Assembly: GCA_052034805.1 (NCBI GenBank)
Contig: JBPOID010000007.1
Coordinates: 26,495 to 90,494 of the forward strand
Length of the DNA: 64,000 bases
Direction: 5' to 3'
DNA from: Candidatus Tayloriibacteriota bacterium
GTDB lineage: Bacteria > Patescibacteriota > Minisyncoccia > Phycocordibacterales > PALSA-1337
The stretch's first letter is position 1. Each line of letters starts with the position of its first letter. The notes under the pieces are model-generated. The model made no database searches. It was given only the letters and a program-made list of their open reading frames with translations, and was not told the origin of the DNA. The position numbers and the translations under genes are program-made. This document shows positions 10,310-19,355 of this stretch, piece by piece.

Positions 10310-10915
10310 ATGATTATCGGACCAAAATACAAAATAGCAAGAAGATTAGGAGCAACAGTTTTTGAGAAAACTCAAAATCAAAAATATTCTATACGTGCTT
10401 TAAAGAAAGCAGAAAATGCTCCAAGAAGAGGAGTTAAGAGTGAATACGGACTAGGAATGCTTGAAAAGCAAAAGGCAAGATATAGTTACGGTATAACATC
10501 AAAGCAATTCAGTAAATATGTAAAACAGGCAATAGAGAAAAGAGGTAATTCTTCAGAACTTTTAATAAGAATATTGGAAGGACGTTTGGATAATGTAGCA
10601 TTGAAATCAGGATTTGCTCCAACTAGACAAGCTGCAAGACAACTAGTATCACATGGTCATCTAACTGTAAATGGAAAAATAGTTACTATACCTTCATACG
10701 AAGTAAGTGTTGGTGATATTGTCGGTATAAGAGAGGGAAGCAAGAAAAAAGCTCTTTTCGCAACATTGGATGAAAGATTGAAAACAGTTAAGATCCCTTC
10801 TTGGCTTAAGCTAAACTTTGATAAAAAAGAAATAACAGTAGATGGAATACCGAATGCTCCAGAAAGCGAACTTTTATTCAATGTTTCTGCTGTGCTTGAG
10901 TTCTATAGTCGTTAA
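10310..10915 (+). CDS. rpsD: 30S ribosomal protein S4
   Basis: SEYG...EKQKAR, LEGRLDNV, ARQLVSHGH, EFYSR. Confidence 0.97.
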   Translation: MIIGPKYKIARRLGATVFEKTQNQKYSIRALKKAENAPRRGVKSEYGLGMLEKQKARYSYGITSKQFSKYVKQAIEKRGNSSELLIRILEGRLDNVALKSGFAPTRQAARQLVSHGHLTVNGKIVTIPSYEVSVGDIVGIREGSKKKALFATLDERLKTVKIPSWLKLNFDKKEITVDGIPNAPESELLFNVSAVLEFYSR

Positions 10916-10946
10916 TTTTATAAATTAAATTTTTAATAAAAAATAT

Positions 10947-11915
10947 ATGTCTATGAATACTATAATAATCCCATCAAAGCCAAAGATAATCCGCGAGGAT
11001 AATTTTGTTGGTATTTATGAGATAGATGGATTTTATCCAGGATACGGACATACTCTAGGTAACTCTCTACGCCGTATAATACTTTCTTCTCTTCCAGGAT
11101 CTGCAGTAACAAAGGTTAAAATAAAAGGAGTAGAACATGAATTCTCTTCTATAGAAGGAGTAAAAGAAGATGTAATAACAATTCTACTTAATCTAAAGAA
11201 GCTTCGCACAAGACTTTCAACAGATGAAGCTCAAGTTTTGACTATAAAAGCAAAAGGATTAAAGAATATAAAAGCAGGAGATATAGAACATCCAGGCCAA
11301 GTAGAAATAATCAATCCAGAATTGGATATAGCAACTATCACAGATAAGGCTGGAGAATTAGACATGGAAATAACAGTTGAAAAGGGTCTAGGATTTATTC
11401 CAAAAGAAGTATTACATAAGGATAGAGTAGATATAGGTAATATATCTCTAGATGCAATATTCAGTCCTGTAAAGAAAGTTAATTATGAAGTAGAGAATAT
11501 GCGTGTTGGTGATAGAACTGATTTCAATAGACTACGTTTAACAATAGAAACAGATGGTACAATAACTCCAAATGAAGCTCTAGAGCAATCAATTTCAATA
11601 ATGATTTCTCAATTAAAAGCAATTATAGGATTCAAAGAAGAAGAAGTTATAGAGAAAGCTCCAGAAGAAAATGAGGATTCAATTTCAAATGGAGATTCAA
11701 AAGTTGAGCTTGATATGGAATTCTTAAAGACAAGAATAGATTCAATAGGTCTTTCTCCAAGAACAGTAAAGGCTTTGGCAAATGGTAATATAAGAACTGT
11801 AGGAGGATTAGCAAGAAAGAAGGAAGCAGATATATTGGATATAGATGGTCTAGGAAATAAGGGAATTCAGGAAATCAAGAAAGTTCTTGCTCAGTACGGA
11901 ATAACATTAAAATAA
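10947..11915 (+). CDS. rpoA: RNA polymerase subunit alpha
   Basis: GYGHTLGNSLRRIILSSLPG, HEFSSIEGVKEDV, DAIFSPV. Confidence 0.98.
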   Translation: MSMNTIIIPSKPKIIREDNFVGIYEIDGFYPGYGHTLGNSLRRIILSSLPGSAVTKVKIKGVEHEFSSIEGVKEDVITILLNLKKLRTRLSTDEAQVLTIKAKGLKNIKAGDIEHPGQVEIINPELDIATITDKAGELDMEITVEKGLGFIPKEVLHKDRVDIGNISLDAIFSPVKKVNYEVENMRVGDRTDFNRLRLTIETDGTITPNEALEQSISIMISQLKAIIGFKEEEVIEKAPEENEDSISNGDSKVELDMEFLKTRIDSIGLSPRTVKALANGNIRTVGGLARKKEADILDIDGLGNKGIQEIKKVLAQYGITLK

Positions 11916-11924
11916 TATAGTAAT

Positions 11925-12275
11925 ATGAGACATCATTCTTCAAAAAGAAAATTCGGTAGAGAAATGAATCAGAGAGACGCTCTTATACGTTCTCTTTCTA
12001 GAAACCTAATAAATGAAGGCAAGATAACTACTACTCTTGCTAAGGCAAAATCTCTACGTCCTTATATAGAAAAGCTTATTACAAAAGCTAAAACAGATAC
12101 TCTTTCATCCAGAAAACTTCTTATATCTAGAATTATGGGTGAAAAAGAGGTTGATAATTTAATGAAAAATATTGCACCAAGATACAAAACTAGAAATGGC
12201 GGATACACCAGAATAGTTAAGCTTGGAGATAGAGGACTTGACTCTGCCCCTATGGCAATGATTGAATTTGTATAA
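11925..12275 (+). CDS. rplQ: 50S ribosomal protein L17
   Basis: MRH, ITTTLAKAK, RNGGYTRIVKL. Confidence 0.97.
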   Translation: MRHHSSKRKFGREMNQRDALIRSLSRNLINEGKITTTLAKAKSLRPYIEKLITKAKTDTLSSRKLLISRIMGEKEVDNLMKNIAPRYKTRNGGYTRIVKLGDRGLDSAPMAMIEFV

Positions 12276-12283
12276 ATAAAATT

Positions 12284-12628
12284 ATGAATTACACAATAGA
12301 TGCAAAAGGTAAAAAGATGGGTAGAATTGCTTCAGAAGCGGCTAATTTCCTAATGGGTAAGAATACAGTGAAATTTGTTAGAAACAGAGCTCCAGAAGTA
12401 AAAGTTTCAATAATAAACTGTGGAAAGGCTAGTATAGATTCAAGAAAGAAATTAAATAAAGAATATGTTACTTTCACAGGATTCCGTGGTGGAATAAATA
12501 CAGAGACATTATCTCATCTTATAGAGAGAAAGGGTGTTACTGAAGCTTTCAGAAGAGCTGTTTATAGAATGTTACCTTCTAACAGTTTGAGAAAGACAAT
12601 GATGGCAAATCTTACAATTACAGAATAA
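12284..12628 (+). CDS. rplM: 50S ribosomal protein L13 (short)
   Basis: IDAKGKKMGRIAS, TGFRGG, AVYRMLP; precedes rpsI. Confidence 0.93.
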   Translation: MNYTIDAKGKKMGRIASEAANFLMGKNTVKFVRNRAPEVKVSIINCGKASIDSRKKLNKEYVTFTGFRGGINTETLSHLIERKGVTEAFRRAVYRMLPSNSLRKTMMANLTITE

Positions 12629-12633
12629 ATAAT

Positions 12634-13065
12634 ATGGATACAATAATACCAAACAAATCAATCAATAAAGAAGAAAGATATATAGAATCTGTCGGTAGAA
12701 GAAAGACATCTATAGCTCGTGTTCGTATCACTCCATCTACAAAGATGTCATACGAAATAAATGGAAGATCTCTAGAAGATTATTTCCCTACAAAGGAATT
12801 ACGTATGGTTGCTGAAGAATCAATAAATAGTTCAAAACTAACAACAACAAAGTTCAAAATAACAGTAGTATCAAGTGGTGGAGGTATAAGCTCACAAGCT
12901 GGAGCAGTAAAGCTAGGTATAGCTCGTGCCCTTATAGAATATGACAAAGAGCTTCGTGGCAAACTAAAGAAAGCTGGACTTCTAAAGAGAGATCCTCGTG
13001 CAAAAGAAAGAAGAAAGTTCGGATTAAAGAAAGCTCGTAAGTCACCTCAGTGGAGTAAACGTTAA
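12634..13065 (+). CDS. rpsI: 30S ribosomal protein S9
   Basis: GRRKTSIARV, GGGISSQAGA, RDPRAKERRK, QWSKR. Confidence 0.97.
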   Translation: MDTIIPNKSINKEERYIESVGRRKTSIARVRITPSTKMSYEINGRSLEDYFPTKELRMVAEESINSSKLTTTKFKITVVSSGGGISSQAGAVKLGIARALIEYDKELRGKLKKAGLLKRDPRAKERRKFGLKKARKSPQWSKR

Positions 13066-13070
13066 AATAA

Positions 13071-13105
13071 AAAGAAAAACCGGCACTTGTCGGATTTTTC
13101 TTTTT
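13071..13105 (+). terminator. Intrinsic terminator after rpsI
   Basis: AAGAAAAACCGGCA-CT-TGTCGGATTTTTCTTTTT hairpin plus U tract. Confidence 0.7.
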
Positions 13106-13121
13106 AAGTATACTTTCTAAT

Positions 13122-13700
13122 ATGGATAAAGAAAATAAAAACATAAATGAAGATGTTGTTATTGAAGCAGATGAAAATCTCGACGACTCTGTTATTGCAG
13201 AAGAGAATGCAATAGATACAATAAAGAAATTAAAAGAGAAATTAAAAAAGGCTGTAGAAGAAAAACAGGAATATTTGAATTCTTGGCAAAAAGATAAAGC
13301 AGAATTTCTCAATGCTCGTAAACGTGATCAAGAATCACAGAAAGAGTTTATAAAATTCTCTAATGAAGGCCTTATAAATGATTTAATACCAGTACTTGAT
13401 AGTTTCAATATGGCTATGGGTAATAAAGAAGCATGGGAGAAGGCTGACAAGAATTGGCGTATAGGCGTAGAATACATAGCCAATCAATTAAAGAAAGTTT
13501 TATCTGATTTTGGATTAAAAGAAATAGATCCTATAGGCAAAGCTTTTGACCCTATGAGAGATGAAGCCATAGAACATGAAAATGTTAATGATGAAAGTAA
13601 AAACAATACAGTAACTAATGTTATACAGAAAGGTTATGAGCTTAATGGAAAGGTATTGAAAGCTCCAAAAGTAAAGGTTGGAGACTTCAATAAGAAATAA
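13122..13700 (+). CDS. grpE: Nucleotide exchange factor GrpE
   Basis: AEFLNARKR, LIPVLDSF, FDP..DEA, QKGYELNGKVLKAPKVKV. Confidence 0.95.
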   Translation: MDKENKNINEDVVIEADENLDDSVIAEENAIDTIKKLKEKLKKAVEEKQEYLNSWQKDKAEFLNARKRDQESQKEFIKFSNEGLINDLIPVLDSFNMAMGNKEAWEKADKNWRIGVEYIANQLKKVLSDFGLKEIDPIGKAFDPMRDEAIEHENVNDESKNNTVTNVIQKGYELNGKVLKAPKVKVGDFNKK

Positions 13701-13725
13701 TTCCTCAAATTATAAAAATAAATAA

Positions 13726-13793
13726 AAGAAGAGACCAGCTTAATTTCTCCATGTTTCGTCGGTGGGGGATGGGGAGGATAAGCTGGTCTTTTT
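13726..13793. terminator. Long hairpin, likely bidirectional terminator between grpE and the convergent RNA
   Basis: AGACCAGCTTA...TAAGCTGGTCT inverted repeat with T-rich tracts on both strands. Confidence 0.6.
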
Positions 13794-13827
13794 GAGTTTA
13801 GGTGGGGGAAACTAAGTTGCTAATTAC

Positions 13828-13968
13828 TCAAGGAAAAAGCAACTTTTGTATTTGACTGCGCCAATTTCAGGCTTCATCTTCATCAACAGGTAGAATAGAA
13901 ACCTGGGCTCTTTCTGGCGCAGAATTCGCGATGGTTCACTAGGTTTTTGTTCACCGTACTACCCTTGA
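13828..13968 (-). ncRNA. Putative 6S-like RNA
   Basis: Ends pair (UCAAGG/CCUUGA); large internal bubble; upper stem CUGCGCCA/UGGCGCAG; GAAGCCUGAAAUUGGCG resembles the 6S segment GAAGCCUUAAAACUGCG as I recall it; promoter upstream. Confidence 0.5.
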
Positions 13969-13970
13969 TG

Positions 13971-13999
13971 ATATTATCATACAAAATCTTTTTTAGCAA
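13971..13999 (-). promoter_or_regulatory. Sigma70 promoter driving the minus-strand RNA
   Basis: TTGCTA-17 bp-TAATAT with extended TG. Confidence 0.55.
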
Positions 14000-14035
14000 T
14001 ATTGAATAGTTTTATATTTTATATATAATATTCTC

Positions 14036-14359
14036 ATGTTAAAACTAGAGAATAAGCAAATAAATAGTATATTCGAAAGAATAGTAAAGGATAAAAACGG
14101 AATTCTAGTCCGTATTAGATTTACTATTATAGAAACAGAAGGAAAGTTTCAGGGACATATAATATCAGTCACTCCATTATCTGTTTCAAATGAAAATACA
14201 GAAAAAGATATAAAAGAAAATATAATATATCTTCCTAAAATAAAGATATCCCAAATATTCTCAATTGATACTTATACTTCATCAAATTCAATTATTTCTC
14301 CATATCTTTCTCTTGAATTTTTAATGAGTCAACCAACCAGAGCTCCATCAAATAGATAA
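14036..14359 (+). CDS. Hypothetical leader protein upstream of dnaK; candidate ribosome arrest peptide (C-terminal PTRAPS)
   Basis: 107 aa ORF, TATAAT 7 nt before ATG, beta-rich N-terminus, S/T/I-rich spacer, RAP motif 3 residues before the stop. Confidence 0.7.
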   Translation: MLKLENKQINSIFERIVKDKNGILVRIRFTIIETEGKFQGHIISVTPLSVSNENTEKDIKENIIYLPKIKISQIFSIDTYTSSNSIISPYLSLEFLMSQPTRAPSNR

Positions 14360-14399
14360 TTATTTTGTTTTATTATTAACATTATAATTTAATCTATTT
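14350..14399 (+). promoter_or_regulatory. AU-rich hairpin spanning the leader stop codon and ending 4 nt before the dnaK ATG
   Basis: AAATAGAT(14350-57)/ATCTATTT(14392-99), AATTAT/ATAATT and TGTT/AACA nested pairings. Confidence 0.55.
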
Positions 14400-14403
14400 A
14401 ATT

Positions 14404-16314
14404 ATGTCTAAAATAATAGGAATTGATCTGGGTACTACTAATTCTGCTGTTGCAGTAATGGAAGCTGGTACTCCAAAAATATTAGAAAATGCAGAAGGTG
14501 CGAGAACTACACCATCTATAATAGCTTTATCAAAAACCGGAGAAAGAATGGTGGGTTTGCTTGCGAAGCGTCAAGGTGTTACGAATCCAAAGAATACTAT
14601 TTATCAAATAAAAAGATTTATAGGTCATAATTTCGACGATCCTGCAGTACAGAAAGACCGTGCTTCTGTACCATTCGAAATGCAGAAATCAGCAACAGGT
14701 GGAATAGAAGTAAAAATGGGAGACAAATGGTATAGACCCGAGGAAATATCTGCAATGATTCTAGGAAAAATGAAAGCAGATGCCGAAGCTAGATTAGGAG
14801 AAACTGTCACAGAAGCTGTTATAACAGTGCCAGCATATTTCAATGATGCTCAGAGACAAGCAACAAAAGACGCTGGTAAAATAGCAGGTCTAGATGTTAA
14901 AAGAATAATAAATGAACCTACAGCAGCCGCTCTTGCATATGGATTCGATAAGAAAAAAGATGAGAAAATAGTTGTCTTTGATTTCGGTGGTGGAACATTT
15001 GATATTTCTGTACTAGAAGTCGGAGATGATGTTGTAGAAGTAAAATCAACAGATGGAGATGCTCATCTAGGAGGAAAAGATATTGATCAGAAAATCATAA
15101 ATTGGCTTGCTGATGAGTTCAAGAAACAAGAGGGTATAGATGTGAGAAAAGATGCTCTTGCTTTGCAGAGATTGGATGAAGCTGCAGAAAAGGCAAAGAT
15201 AGAACTTTCAACAGCTGTACAAACAGAAGTTAATATACCATTCCTTACTTCTGGTACAGATGGACCGAAACATCTTCTTATCACTATGACTCGTGCGAAA
15301 TTGGAAGAGCTTACTAGTGAATTCATAGATCGTGCAATAGCTATAACAAAGAGAGCTATGGATGCTTCACCATTCAAGATTGCCGATATAAATGAAGTTG
15401 TTCTCGTAGGAGGACAAACTCGTATGCCAGCCATGCAAAAGGCTGTGAAAGATTTCTTCGGAAAGGAATTACATTTAGGTGTAAATCCAGACGAAGTGGT
15501 TGCGGTGGGCGCTGCTATACAAGGAGGAATATTAGCTGGAGATGTAAAAGGAGTATTGCTATTGGATGTTACTCCATTATCTCTTTCTATAGAAACAATG
15601 GGAGGTGTTGCTACAAAGTTAATAGAAAAGAATACAACTATACCAACTCAGAAAAGTCAGGTATTCTCTACGGCCGCAGATAATCAAACATCAGTAGAAA
15701 TACATATAACTCAAGGAGAAAGACCTATGGCAGGAGATAATAAGTCTCTAGGACGCTTTATATTGGATGGTATAGCTCCGGCACCACGCGGTATGCCACA
15801 AGTAGAAGTTACATTTGATCTAGATGCAAATGGAATACTTTCTGTAACCGCAAAGGACAAAGCCACAGGAAAGGCTAATAGTATAAAGATAACTGCAAGC
15901 TCAGGTCTTTCAAAGGAAGAAGTAGAAAGAATGAAAAAGGAAGCAGAAATGCATAGTGCAGAAGATGCAAAGAAAAAAGAAATGGTAGAAGGCAAAAATG
16001 TTGCAGAACAACTTATCTATACTTCAGAAAAGTCTTTGAAAGATGCAGGAGATAAAGTCCCTGCAGATCTTAGAAAGTCTATAGAAGATAAAATAGCAGA
16101 TTTAAAAACTGCAAAAGAGGGAACAGATCCATCTCTTATGAAGAAAGCTACGGAAACGCTATCAAACGAATTATCAAAGATAGGAGAGATATTGTCGAAG
16201 GCACAAGCCGAAGCTTCCAAGGAGAATCCAGGAGCAAATACTGCAAATCAAGCAGGTAATGATAAAGGCTCTGAAGGTGATGTAAAGGATGCAGAGTTTA
16301 AGGAGAAAAAGTAA
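14404..16314 (+). CDS. dnaK: Chaperone DnaK (Hsp70)
   Basis: [32 protein letters not shown]. Confidence 0.99.
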   Translation: MSKIIGIDLGTTNSAVAVMEAGTPKILENAEGARTTPSIIALSKTGERMVGLLAKRQGVTNPKNTIYQIKRFIGHNFDDPAVQKDRASVPFEMQKSATGGIEVKMGDKWYRPEEISAMILGKMKADAEARLGETVTEAVITVPAYFNDAQRQATKDAGKIAGLDVKRIINEPTAAALAYGFDKKKDEKIVVFDFGGGTFDISVLEVGDDVVEVKSTDGDAHLGGKDIDQKIINWLADEFKKQEGIDVRKDALALQRLDEAAEKAKIELSTAVQTEVNIPFLTSGTDGPKHLLITMTRAKLEELTSEFIDRAIAITKRAMDASPFKIADINEVVLVGGQTRMPAMQKAVKDFFGKELHLGVNPDEVVAVGAAIQGGILAGDVKGVLLLDVTPLSLSIETMGGVATKLIEKNTTIPTQKSQVFSTAADNQTSVEIHITQGERPMAGDNKSLGRFILDGIAPAPRGMPQVEVTFDLDANGILSVTAKDKATGKANSIKITASSGLSKEEVERMKKEAEMHSAEDAKKKEMVEGKNVAEQLIYTSEKSLKDAGDKVPADLRKSIEDKIADLKTAKEGTDPSLMKKATETLSNELSKIGEILSKAQAEASKENPGANTANQAGNDKGSEGDVKDAEFKEKK

Positions 16315-16319
16315 GATAA

Positions 16320-16348
16320 TTGACAAATAAATTCATTAGTAATATTAT
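16320..16348 (+). promoter_or_regulatory. Consensus-like sigma70 promoter with no downstream ORF
   Basis: TTGACA-17 bp-TATTAT. Confidence 0.5.
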
Positions 16349-16373
16349 TGTATTACACATTGCCTTCGGGCTC

Positions 16374-16408
16374 CGAGATTCCCCGCCAATTTGGCGGGGT
16401 TTCGTTTT
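16374..16408 (+). terminator. Intrinsic terminator (dnaK and/or short RNA)
   Basis: CCCCGCCA-ATT-TGGCGGGG followed by TTTCGTTTT. Confidence 0.75.
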
Positions 16409-16454
16409 AAATGTTAATCAATAGTTTAATTTCATTGATAATATTAGATATATA

Positions 16455-16492
16455 AAAAGCAGACCCGCATATAAATGCGGGTTTGTTGTTTT
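16455..16492 (-). terminator. Terminator for the 16506-16793 orphan gene
   Basis: GCAGACCCGCAT-ATAA-ATGCGGGTTTGT flanked by A and T tracts. Confidence 0.7.
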
Positions 16493-16505
16493 ATCTAGAG
16501 TAGAG

Positions 16506-16793
16506 TTATTTCACCCCTTGCTCTTGATTGTATAGTTCATCGATTCTCTGTGAGAGTTCATCATCGGTAGGCATATTGTGAACGTTTTCCAGCTTGCCTT
16601 CGATATCAAAGTGAATGACCCAGAGAACACCATCCACCATCGTTGATAGAACTTCCACCGCATGAACATTATCATTAATCTTGAAAATAGTTTTATTCAG
16701 ATAATATCTTTCGTTGTTGGGATCATAGGATCGGAGTTTTGCCGAAATACTCTGAATGACTTCTCTTTTTTTCCTATCATCAGAAATTTTCAT
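16506..16793 (-). CDS. Hypothetical orphan protein
   Basis: ORF with SD GAGGGAG just before MKISDD; own terminator. Confidence 0.65.
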   Translation of the reverse strand: MKISDDRKKREVIQSISAKLRSYDPNNERYYLNKTIFKINDNVHAVEVLSTMVDGVLWVIHFDIEGKLENVHNMPTDDELSQRIDELYNQEQGVK

Positions 16794-16946
16794 TTTCTCC
16801 CTCTTATTTTGTTGTTTTATCAAGAACTGATTTCAGTTATTTGTATCACAATATTTATATATAGTCAATTCATCATTATTTCCTTATAGATATTATTTTT
16901 TATAATTTTCTAGCGCAAAAAGCATTTTTTTGTTATAATCCAAGCC

Positions 16947-17819
16947 ATGTCAAAAGATTACTATAAAATACTAGGCGTAGAAAAAAACGCTTCAAAAGAC
17001 GATATAAAAAAGGCTTTTAGAAAAATAGCCCATGAACATCATCCAGATAAAGGTGGTGGAAATCCTCAGATTTTCAAAGAAGCTAGTGAAGCTTATTCTG
17101 TATTGGGAGATGATGCGAAAAGACAACAATACGATACATTTGGTTCTACTTCTAGTGGTTTCAACCCTGGTCAGGGTGGCTTCGGTGGTGGCGGATTCTC
17201 TGGAGGCTTTGATTTTTCTAATTTCGCTCGTCAATACAGTTCACAGAATGGTCAAGCATTCGAATTCGATCTAGGTGACATATTCGGAGATTTCTTCGGG
17301 GGTGGTTCTAGACGTCCGCGTAAAGGTGCAAATATAAATATTGATGTTGAATTGAGTTTCAAAGAATCAGTATTCGGTTTAGAAAAAGAAATAACCATAA
17401 ATAAAGAAAAGTTAGTAATAACTATTCCTCCAGGTATTGAGAATGGTCAAGGATTAAGAGTTCAAGGAAAAGGAGAAGATGGAGAAGGTGGAAAAGGAGA
17501 TTTGATCGTGCGCATATGGGTAGAATCTCATCCAGTATTCCGTAAAGAAGGATATAATCTAATAATGGAATTACCATTAAAGCTCACTACAGCTCTTCTC
17601 GGTGAAAATATGGATATAGATACATTGGATGGAAAAATAGAATTAAAGATTCCAGCTGGTACAACTCATAATGAAATACTTAGAGTAAAGAATAAAGGAG
17701 TTCCAAATGGTCGTGGTAAAAGAGGTGATCTTCTAATAATCACAAAGGTTAATATGCCAAAGAAATTAAGCAAGAACGCCCAAAAACTAATAGATGAATT
17801 AAAAAAGGAAGGTATATAA
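16947..17819 (+). CDS. dnaJ: DnaJ-class chaperone lacking the zinc finger (type II/CbpA-like)
   Basis: J domain with HPD, G/F-rich region, DnaJ C domains, no CxxCxGxG repeats. Confidence 0.9.
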   Translation: MSKDYYKILGVEKNASKDDIKKAFRKIAHEHHPDKGGGNPQIFKEASEAYSVLGDDAKRQQYDTFGSTSSGFNPGQGGFGGGGFSGGFDFSNFARQYSSQNGQAFEFDLGDIFGDFFGGGSRRPRKGANINIDVELSFKESVFGLEKEITINKEKLVITIPPGIENGQGLRVQGKGEDGEGGKGDLIVRIWVESHPVFRKEGYNLIMELPLKLTTALLGENMDIDTLDGKIELKIPAGTTHNEILRVKNKGVPNGRGKRGDLLIITKVNMPKKLSKNAQKLIDELKKEGI

Positions 17820-17830
17820 TAAATAAAAAA

Positions 17831-19324
17831 ATGTCTATATCTAAATATTTAAAAAGTCATGCTGTATTGGTGAGTACTATCACTATTTTACTCATAATTA
17901 CTGGCATAATAGCTGGGCGTATCAGTAAGAAAAATAAAATAGTAGTTGATTCTTCATCAAATGTTAAACAAGTATCTATTGTCTCTGTAAATAATTTTAG
18001 AAATGACAATTCTACAATATCTGCAGATGGAGTTGTCGAATCAATATCTCAAGTAGATATAAAGAGTCAGGTTTCTTCTCCTGTAACAAAGATAAATATA
18101 TCTGTTGGTGATAATGTATACAAAGGCCAGATAATAATGGAGCTTCAAAATGCAGATATACAAGCCCAGCTAGAGCAGGCTCGTGCAAATCTAGAATTAG
18201 CAAAAGGACAGTATTCTTCAGATGGTGTTGTTATAGATAGTAATCGTAAAACAGTAATTGATAAAATCAAAGACGGATATACAAAGACAAATGATGTTAT
18301 TAATGCTCAAATAGGTCAATTCCTATATAGTGGAAATCCAAATATCATACAATTACAATCTTTGATAATTGATTCTGATATTGTTAATAAATTAAGTACG
18401 AACTGGACTGAGTCTTTATCAGCACTTAGAGATTGGAAGATATCAATAGATACTTTATCTGAAAAATCCACACAAGCAGAAGTCGATAAGGCCTTATCAA
18501 TAGCACAGAAAAGTATATTAAAAGTAAGTAATTTCATAGATATACTTTCTGATGCTTTGATAAATGTTGCTAATATATCTAATCAAACAACTATGAATCT
18601 AGTATCAGGCTGGAAAAGTACAGCAACTTTGGCACGCACAACAGTAAATGCCACTATTTCATCTATTACATCCAGTGGTTATTCTATAGTCTCAAATCAA
18701 GCTCAGATATTATCCGCAGAAGCAGGGTTAAAGAATTTACAAGCTCAATTAGCTAAAACAATAATAATTTCACCTATAGATGGGAAAATAGCCAGTCTGC
18801 CATTAAGAAATGGTGAATTTGCAAGTCCAGGTCAATTATTAACAACTATAATAGGTTCTGGTGGATTACAAGTAAAAGCTTATGCAAGTGGCGAAGACTT
18901 GGAACGTATAAAGAAAAATGCAGATGTAATTATTCAAGATAATATAAAGGGTAGTGTGATAAATGTTTCTCCTGGTGTAAATCAAATAAATAAAAAAGTT
19001 GAAATAAAAATAGCAATAAAAGATTCAGATAAATCAGGATTAATAGTAGGACAGAATGTAAAAGCTATGATAAAAGCTGATAATATTATCAGTTCTGATC
19101 TTGAAAAAGATTCATATATTATTCCAATTCAGAATGTAAAGATAGTACCAGGTTCAGCCTATGTATTTACTGTTGATGAAAATTCAAAGATAGTCAAAAA
19201 TGAAGTTACTTTGGGAGAAATAAAAGGTGATTTTGTAGAAATAAAATCAGGAATTACTGAAGATATGAAAATAGTCTCTCCTGTCTATGAATTAGAAGAA
19301 GGAGAAAAAGTCACAGTTGAATAA
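17831..19324 (+). CDS. RND efflux membrane fusion/adaptor subunit
   Basis: N-terminal TM, VSVGDNVYKGQ lipoyl half, long coiled coil, IISPIDGKI; precedes an RND gene. Confidence 0.88.
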   Translation: MSISKYLKSHAVLVSTITILLIITGIIAGRISKKNKIVVDSSSNVKQVSIVSVNNFRNDNSTISADGVVESISQVDIKSQVSSPVTKINISVGDNVYKGQIIMELQNADIQAQLEQARANLELAKGQYSSDGVVIDSNRKTVIDKIKDGYTKTNDVINAQIGQFLYSGNPNIIQLQSLIIDSDIVNKLSTNWTESLSALRDWKISIDTLSEKSTQAEVDKALSIAQKSILKVSNFIDILSDALINVANISNQTTMNLVSGWKSTATLARTTVNATISSITSSGYSIVSNQAQILSAEAGLKNLQAQLAKTIIISPIDGKIASLPLRNGEFASPGQLLTTIIGSGGLQVKAYASGEDLERIKKNADVIIQDNIKGSVINVSPGVNQINKKVEIKIAIKDSDKSGLIVGQNVKAMIKADNIISSDLEKDSYIIPIQNVKIVPGSAYVFTVDENSKIVKNEVTLGEIKGDFVEIKSGITEDMKIVSPVYELEEGEKVTVE

Positions 19325-19355
19325 TTAAAATAATCTAATTATAAAAAGATAATAA

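Noticed and set aside
13990-14035. CIRCE/HrcA operator upstream of the dnaK leader (TTAGCAAT)
   Set aside because: Only a partial left arm; no GAGTGCTAA partner at 9-nt spacing
14625-16220. Antisense ORFs within dnaK (and similar ones inside the RND, mreB, lysS and island genes)
   Set aside because: Shadow frames of well-identified genes
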